A stretch of DNA of 64,000 bases. Source: Lama guanicoe. Taxonomy: Eukaryota. Shown here piece after piece: positions 59,601-64,000 of the stretch; within the stretch, counting starts at the first letter, position 1, and every line of letters starts with the position of its first letter. A program made the translations under genes and the position numbers. The DNA lies in contig MU053823.1 of NCBI GenBank assembly GCA_013239625.1, positions 271,698-335,697 of the forward strand, in the 5' to 3' direction. Below the pieces are notes generated by a model. It was not told the DNA's origin and did not search any database. It saw only the letters and a list, made by a program, of their open reading frames with translations.

Positions 59601-61527
59601 CATAGGAACAAGGTTCCTTTTCTACATCCCATTGACTCACCTGTCCAGAGACGTTCTTGCATCTGTCAGATAGCCGTTCCCATTCTGGCTCTCGAAACCC
59701 AAAATTATACGCCTTTTGACACACTGACACCTGCACTGCCCCTAACATGGGCTTTCCGTAGGTGTACCTAACCCAGAAAAGCAGGAGGAGTCAGAATTGC
59801 GCAATTCCACTTACGATCCAACCTTCCTCCCCCAAAACACCACTTTCCCTTCTTTCCCACATTCCCACCTCTGCAAGTGCTCTCCGATCACCCTACCCTT
59901 CTCCTGTGCTCATTCACCTCCCTGCTTTACCCAAAGCTTAGAGGACTGCAGTTACACAGTAAGTACCATCCAAAGGACATTTGAAATAGTGTCCGTCCTT
60001 CTTTTTCCTATTTCTTTATGAGACTCAATATTGTATTCTGCCCAAAGAAGACAGTAAATTAATAATGCTGACTGAGAGAGCAGTGGAAAGAAAGTAAGAA
60101 CAGAAACACAATTAGAAAATGTGTTCCTGGAGAACTCATGACTCTGGACCACAGAAAACATCCCAAATATAACCTCTACTTCTATAATTCCTCTCCCCAT
60201 AACACTGCCTCACCACATCTCTCAATATAGCTTTAATCCTCACCAGACCAAGAACTTTATTCGTACCTACAACAAATTTTCACTGAGAAAGAGTCGTCCA
60301 TCACTGATAACTGTTTGGGTTCCACCACTTCCACTTTAAATTTAGGCAGCACTGGAAAGAGCGGAAAGAGAAATGGAAAATGAGTGGGAAGAGGGCTTGA
60401 CCATACAGGTAGTGAACAGAGGGGTGTGAAACAACGATCATTGTATTAATTAAATTAATTAAGGGAGCATTATTAAGGTAAAATGCCCCTGAAGTTATTT
60501 AGCACTAAATGAATAAATAATCCCTCTCTGTAGTAGATTTTACTTTACCTTTGCTGGTTTTGAGATAAGATTATGTGTAACTCTTGGACATACTAATTCT
60601 CCCACCTACCATATTCTTCCACACTGAAGGTGCCAAAGGTATTGCCCTCGACCACTGCCACTGTGTAGGTGCCCAGCGTCGCCTCTGGTGCCAGCTGGAA
60701 GGACAGGTCTACAATGCCTTGCTTGGGCGCCACATTCAGCCACTGGGCAATTCTATTGCTGTTTGGATCCTGTGTCCAGTAAAAAGAAACCTTACGACGT
60801 GCCTGCCTCTTTGATTCCCACTCTGCACCACAGAAAGCAGGTAGGGAAGCAAAAAGCAGGTAAAGAAACCCACCCATTGTTCATGACCCCCACGGTCTGT
60901 ATCCAGGAAGAAAGGGATCCTTGTGGATTTGAATTATCAGGCTGAACCCTTTAACATGTTATCCAGCTTCAGAAAGTGGGCTTTAGGATGTCCTTTACAA
61001 AGAGTGTTTATTCTTGGTCCCTTAAGAGGGGCCACGCTGAGGGGACTGATTGCCACATACCTGAATGATAAAGAAATTCTACAGAAAAATGGAGAGGACG
61101 CTGTGGGGAATTCTTGCCTTCTCAGCACATCTCACAGGTATTCTCATCACAGGCAATGGCTGAGTGTCTAAGACAGTAGCCATTACCAAGGACTAAGAGG
61201 ACTACGAGGACTTACTAGCCATTACAGAGTCAAGCCTCATTGGACTGACACAGCACAGAGAAGTTACAGGAATCAGAGCAGGAAAATTCATCACAGTAGA
61301 GGTTGGTGTCCTTATCTACAGACGTTGAACACTGAGAGGAGGGGTGGGCAGAGGCAAGAGAACAGGACGGCTTAGGTGGAACTGTGGGGACTTGGTGCAA
61401 AGTCTCAGTCTCTGGGCCAAGATCTCAGAGTTGTTTCTGGCTTCAAGGTTTAGCACCAACCACGTTCTCCACAAATGTCAGAAAAGAACACGAAACTTCT
61501 ACTTACTTGCAGTTCCACCATGGAGTA
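34442..61527 (-). CDS. A2ML1: Alpha-2-macroglobulin-like protein 1, exons 5-35 (5'-partial in window; 3906 nt, 1301 aa + stop)
   Basis: 31 GT-AG exons join in one open frame from [17 protein letters not shown] to [13 protein letters not shown]; includes FPETWLW, thioester GCGEQ and [16 protein letters not shown]; synteny with PHC1. Confidence 0.96.
34690..34808 (+). mobile_element. Short L1 3' tail with ~9-bp TSD AAGAATAGT
   Basis: ACTGAATCACTTTGCTGTACACCTGAAAC...TTGTAAATCAACTA; AAGAATAGT on both sides. Confidence 0.7.
35039..35141 (-). CDS. A2ML1: A2ML1 exon 34
   Basis: [34 protein letters not shown]; 103 nt. Confidence 0.94.
35399..35888. mobile_element. hAT-Charlie-type DNA transposon remnant
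   Basis: Imperfect TIRs TAGTGCTTCTAAA / TTTAGAACCACTG; internal ATACTAAGACATTATTTGC motif. Confidence 0.55.
35900..36960 (+). mobile_element. Old L1 ORF2 remnant (with (TG)n at ~36022-36048)
   Basis: A-rich L1-like text (TACTTAGAGGGAAATTTATAG, CAACTTAAGAAGTTGGAAAAA); no ORF. Confidence 0.55.
37400..37715. mobile_element. MER33-like MITE
   Basis: GAGCATTTGAAATGTGGC...AAAACACGTACTAGATTTCAAAGA...TTGACAGTGCTG. Confidence 0.55.
37896..37964 (-). CDS. A2ML1: A2ML1 exon 33
   Basis: [23 protein letters not shown]; 69 nt. Confidence 0.94.
38189..38359 (+). mobile_element. tRNA-derived SINE (Vic-1-like), full length with 16-bp TSD
   Basis: A box AGCTCAGTGGTAGAGC, B box GGTTCAATCCCC, A-rich tail; TSD AAACCATGATGCTCAC at 38173-38188 and 38360-38375. 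Confidence 0.9.
38448..38538 (-). CDS. A2ML1: A2ML1 exon 32
   Basis: [30 protein letters not shown]; 91 nt. Confidence 0.94.
38607..38649. repeat. (CA)21 microsatellite in A2ML1 intron 31
   Basis: Pure AC run. Confidence 0.95.
38707..38834 (-). CDS. A2ML1: A2ML1 exon 31
   Basis: [42 protein letters not shown]; 128 nt. Confidence 0.94.
39008..39223 (-). CDS. A2ML1: A2ML1 exon 30
   Basis: [17 protein letters not shown]...GRGCVYVQ; 216 nt. Confidence 0.95.
40394..40490 (-). mobile_element. tRNA-derived SINE (Vic-1-like)
   Basis: On -: AGCTCAGTGGTGGAGTGTG...CTGGGTTCAATCCCCAG + A-rich tail. Confidence 0.75.
41692..41906 (-). CDS. A2ML1: A2ML1 exon 29
   Basis: ESIHWSQKP...[11 protein letters not shown]...[12 protein letters not shown]; 215 nt. 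Confidence 0.95.
43235..43397 (-). CDS. A2ML1: A2ML1 exon 28
   Basis: [14 protein letters not shown]...LDQQAIIS; 163 nt. Confidence 0.94.
43578..43652 (-). CDS. A2ML1: A2ML1 exon 27
   Basis: [25 protein letters not shown]; 75 nt. Confidence 0.94.
44684..44772. repeat. Three-copy ~30-bp tandem repeat
   Basis: Core CAGCTACTATGGTTC three times. Confidence 0.85.
44814..44970 (-). CDS. A2ML1: A2ML1 exon 26
   Basis: [20 protein letters not shown]...[10 protein letters not shown]; 157 nt. Confidence 0.95.
45331..45412 (-). CDS. A2ML1: A2ML1 exon 25
   Basis: [26 protein letters not shown]; 82 nt. Confidence 0.95.
45572..45748 (-). CDS. A2ML1: A2ML1 exon 24 (thioester GCGEQ at 45678-45692)
   Basis: [38 protein letters not shown]...; 177 nt. 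Confidence 0.96.
47300..47383 (-). CDS. A2ML1: A2ML1 exon 23
   Basis: [27 protein letters not shown]; 84 nt. Confidence 0.94.
47743..47794 (-). CDS. A2ML1: A2ML1 exon 22
   Basis: [17 protein letters not shown]; 52 nt. Confidence 0.94.
48380..48501 (-). CDS. A2ML1: A2ML1 exon 21
   Basis: [40 protein letters not shown]; 122 nt. Confidence 0.94.
48707..49288 (+). mobile_element. MaLR LTR (MLT1E/F-like)
   Basis: CCCTCTCCTTGAATGTGGGCTGGATTTAGTGACTCGCTTCTAAC...GCAGCAGTAGATAACTAAAACA. Confidence 0.7.
49672..49798 (-). CDS. A2ML1: A2ML1 exon 20
   Basis: [15 protein letters not shown]...[11 protein letters not shown]; 127 nt. Confidence 0.94.
49967..50195 (-). CDS. A2ML1: A2ML1 exon 19
   Basis: [20 protein letters not shown]...[17 protein letters not shown]...KDCIR; 229 nt. 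Confidence 0.95.
50803..50917 (-). CDS. A2ML1: A2ML1 exon 18 (bait region C-terminal part)
   Basis: [37 protein letters not shown]; 115 nt. Confidence 0.92.
51314..51407 (-). CDS. A2ML1: A2ML1 exon 17 (bait region N-terminal part)
   Basis: [31 protein letters not shown]; 94 nt. Confidence 0.92.
51630..52100 (-). mobile_element. L1 3' end (L1MA-like), reverse orientation
   Basis: TTAGATTCCACACATAAATGAGATCATATGATATTTGTCTTTTTCTGTCTGA...ATTTCATTCTTTTTTGTGGCTGA. Confidence 0.75.
52680..52874 (-). CDS. A2ML1: A2ML1 exon 16
   Basis: [23 protein letters not shown]...GTDVFSFFQ; 195 nt. Confidence 0.95.
53319..53378. other. Assembly gap (60 N) in A2ML1 intron 15
   Basis: Run of N. Confidence 0.99.
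53395..53544 (-). CDS. A2ML1: A2ML1 exon 15
   Basis: [50 protein letters not shown]; 150 nt. Confidence 0.95.
53999..54144 (-). CDS. A2ML1: A2ML1 exon 14
   Basis: [31 protein letters not shown]...MCFDNQ; 146 nt. Confidence 0.94.
54398..54458 (-). CDS. A2ML1: A2ML1 exon 13
   Basis: [20 protein letters not shown]; 61 nt. Confidence 0.93.
55985..56212 (-). CDS. A2ML1: A2ML1 exon 12
   Basis: [19 protein letters not shown]...DQEIIFSYY; 228 nt. Confidence 0.94.
56660..57069 (+). mobile_element. MaLR LTR (MLT1H/I-like)
   Basis: AATAAATGCT...TTGTTTGTTACACAGCA...GATAACTGATACA 3' end. Confidence 0.6.
57450..57617 (-). CDS. A2ML1: A2ML1 exon 11
   Basis: [18 protein letters not shown]...WNGRYVSLE; 168 nt. 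Confidence 0.94.
58340..58545. mobile_element. MIR SINE
   Basis: Core TCACTTAATCTCTCTGTGCCTCAGCCTCCTCATCTGTAAAATG. Confidence 0.7.
58624..58733 (-). CDS. A2ML1: A2ML1 exon 10
   Basis: [36 protein letters not shown]; 110 nt. Confidence 0.94.
59068..59182 (-). CDS. A2ML1: A2ML1 exon 9
   Basis: [20 protein letters not shown]...VATVVEEGT; 115 nt. Confidence 0.94.
59641..59767 (-). CDS. A2ML1: A2ML1 exon 8
   Basis: [19 protein letters not shown]...DRCKNVSGQ; 127 nt. Confidence 0.94.
60267..60351 (-). CDS. A2ML1: A2ML1 exon 7
   Basis: [27 protein letters not shown]; 85 nt. Confidence 0.94.
60610..60769 (-). CDS. A2ML1: A2ML1 exon 6
   Basis: [30 protein letters not shown]...FSVEEY; 160 nt. Confidence 0.95.
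61507..61527 (-). CDS. A2ML1: A2ML1 exon 5 (21-nt microexon)
   Basis: ttttcag|TACTCCATGGTGGAACTGCAA|gtaagt = YSMVELQ. Confidence 0.9.
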
Positions 61528-61999
61528 CTGAAAAGGAAAACCAGACAACATGGGTCAAAGCAGAACTAGCATTAAGGATTAGCTTGCTGAAAGCAACAAG
61601 CTCACAAAGGGCTCTGCCTCTGTTGCCCATTTCTTCCTTCTAAATGGCTCTTTTGTGCCCTGGTAAGAGTAACAGTGGGGCAAAGGCTTGTTGGCTGGGG
61701 GAGGAGAAAGAAGAGATTTCCTAAAGGGATTGCTAGTCTCCAGAAGATCTGAAGAAATGGGACGTCAGACCCTCGGCATCCCTCAGAGCTCTGTGATGGA
61801 GCTCTCTTCACAACAGGCCTAAAAGAAGGTGTTAGCATCTGAGGCTCCCCGGTGTTCAAACCTCTTCCTGGGGGCCAATTATCTCTCGGCCTCCTCCTCT
61901 GTTATTTGAATGCCAGTGGGCAGGAACCTCACTTTCAAACATTGCAAAAACAATTCCTTAAAAAAAAAAATCTGTTCAAAAGAGCTCCACCAAAGAATC

Positions 62000-63297
62000 A
62001 TGTATCATTTCCTCAAGCAAATGGATGTTAACACCATTAAGTTTAATTGAACTGGGTCATTACTAGGTGTCAAAGTGTCACCCCCAAATTACTTGCTAAT
62101 TTCAAAAAAGGGACACATCTTTTCCACTGGAAGAATTAGATTGTCACCACCTTAACCAAGTAATCAAATTTATTATCACTAATAATGGATCAACCTGATA
62201 CTAGGTGCCTCTTAAAGATCACAGCATTATGTATATTTTTTAACCAAGTGTTTTTTCCAAAAATGTTTAGCGTAAATCTAATTAAGACTTCAGAGCTACT
62301 TGCAGAAGATAAAGGAACAAGTTCTGTTACACAGTAAAGAAATAATCAGACAAATCAGGAATATCGAATATTCTCTAAGACAACAACTAGGCTTCCTCAA
62401 AGGTCAATATCATATTCCAGAATGGGGACATTCTACAAGTTATCTAGCCTGATCCCTCTATCTCCCTTTCTCTCTCTCTCTCTGTTTCTCAAAACAAGCA
62501 AACAAAAAATCAATCTAAATGAAAAAATAAAGGGGATTAGTTTAGATTAAGAGAAAAATTTTAAATGTTAACTATCAAATGTAATGCATGAATTTGATCA
62601 GATCCTAGTTTGAAAAAAAACTCAGTTATTTGGAAAACTTAGAACTGAATATTAAATGATACTAAATAACTATTGTTAATTTTCTTAGGTGTGATAATAA
62701 TATGATTATTTAAGATAGTCTTTTTAATTCTTTGACATTGGTCTTAGTAATATTTTTTTGGAAATGTCTCCTCAGGTAAGGGAAACAAAAGCAAACCAAT
62801 TAAAAATTGGGCAGAGGATCAGTTTGAAATGTATAGAAATATCAAATCATTATGTGATATAACAGGTTCTAACATAGCACTGCAGGTCAATTATAATTCA
62901 AAAACAAACTCATAGAAACAGATCAGATTTTTTTGTTGCTGAGTCAGGGGATGGGGGGACAGGGGATTGGATGAAGGCAGTCAAAAGGTACAAATTTCCA
63001 ATCATAAGATAAATAAGTACTAGGGATGAAATGTACAACATGATAAATATAATTAACACTGCTGTATGTTATATAGGAAAGTTGTTAAGAGAGTAAATCC
63101 TGAGAGTTCTCATCACCAGGAAAATAACTGTTTTCTATTTCTTTAATTTTGTGTCTATATAAGATGATATCTGTTTGCTAAACTTATTGTGATAATCATT
63201 CCATGATGTACGTAAGTCAAATCATTATGTTGTACACCTTAAACGTACACAGTTCTGTATGTCCATTATATCTCAATAAAATAAGAAGAAAAAAAAT
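62000..63297 (+). mobile_element. Cluster of L1 fragments ending in an L1 3' UTR with A-rich tail
   Basis: GTCAAAAGGTACAAATTTCC...AAGAGAGTAAATCCTGAGAGTTCTCATCAC...TTATATCTCAATAAAA. Confidence 0.7.
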
Positions 63298-63390
63298 TAT
63301 CTCTGGCAATAGCTTTCTTTCTGGGCCAGCCCCATCTCCCACCCTGACCTGCAACTACATTCTTTTAGGCATTTAAGAAAGAGATAAAGG

Positions 63391-63463
63391 CAGGAGGGTA
63401 GAGTGCAATGGTAGAGAGTGCAGGCTTGGCATGCATGAGGTCCTGGATTAAAAAAAAAAAAAA
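63391..63463 (+). mobile_element. Truncated Vic-1-like SINE
   Basis: GGAGGGTAGAG...TGGTAGAG...GCATGCATGAGGTCCTGG + poly(A). Confidence 0.6.
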
Positions 63464-64000
63464 GAGGTATAAGTTTTTCCTAAGTCTGCTGGATCTTGAT
63501 TGTCTTCAGCTCAAAATAATCTACCTGCCAAAGAGGCTTATTTTGGGGTGGCATATTCTGTCCCCCTTCAAGATTAAGGGAGGATAAAACTTGCACAAAC
63601 TAGGCTATATACACAATAAAGTGGCAACTATCACTGAGATAACTGTGGATTGCTATAAATTCCAGAAAAAAAAACACTTCCTCGAATGACAAAAAACTTT
63701 TCTCACATAGGGAGTCAAGAAGCAGGTTTGGGCATCAGTCAGGCAGAAGTAGTCTCTGGAAGCAAGAAAGTGTTCAACCAGGAAAACAGCATTTCCAACT
63801 GGAAGCTGCCTGAGGTTTCTGAATAAATGGCTGTAGCAACCAGGCTAGAAAAAATCAGCTGATTTCATGGATACTTTGGTTGCTTGAAGATGAAATACCA
63901 TGCTCCGTAAACTCACAATTTTTGCTCTTCCGTTTCTTAGTAAAAATTCTTTTAGTTAACTTCAGTGTTTCAAATTCAGTGTTTCAAATTTTTGGTGTTC

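Noticed and set aside
63961..63988. Perfect 14-bp tandem duplication TTCAGTGTTTCAAA x2
   Set aside because: Trivial intronic slippage event
61528..64000. Search for A2ML1 exon 4 (expected VYFRIVTMD-like peptide)
   Set aside because: Not found; the region is mostly L1/SINE/LTR fragments, so the exon presumably lies beyond the window and loss cannot be claimed

Overview
Mammalian genomic DNA, most likely a camelid (alpaca/llama/camel), judged from tRNA-derived Vic-1-type SINEs. It is syntenic with human 12p13.31. Two multi-exon genes lie on the minus strand. PHC1 (polyhomeotic homolog 1, a PRC1 subunit) is complete: 14 coding exons at 17858->1658, 2922 nt = 973 aa + stop, with a non-coding exon 1 in a CpG island at ~20.6-21.1 kb. 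A2ML1 (alpha-2-macroglobulin-like 1) is present from exon 5 onward: 31 coding exons at 61527->34442, one open frame of 1301 aa + stop, thioester GCGEQ intact, exons 1-4 beyond the window end. The first ~770 bp are probably the 3' UTR of the convergent M6PR gene. The rest is intron/intergenic DNA with L1, L2, MIR, MER33/Charlie, MaLR, ERV1/ERVL LTRs and microsatellites, plus one 60-N gap. I see no evidence for a wholly new biological system. The best observations are an apparent 32-aa in-frame deletion with polyQ->polyP change in PHC1 exon 8, a solo LTR with perfect TSD inside the A2ML1 3' UTR, a Sox-Oct/ESRRB/KLF motif cluster in an A2ML1 intron, a divergent bait region and local CpG-rich patches suggestive of GC-biased conversion. 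Exon numbering, comparisons with human and repeat-family names come from my recollection of orthologs and consensus sequences, not from a search.
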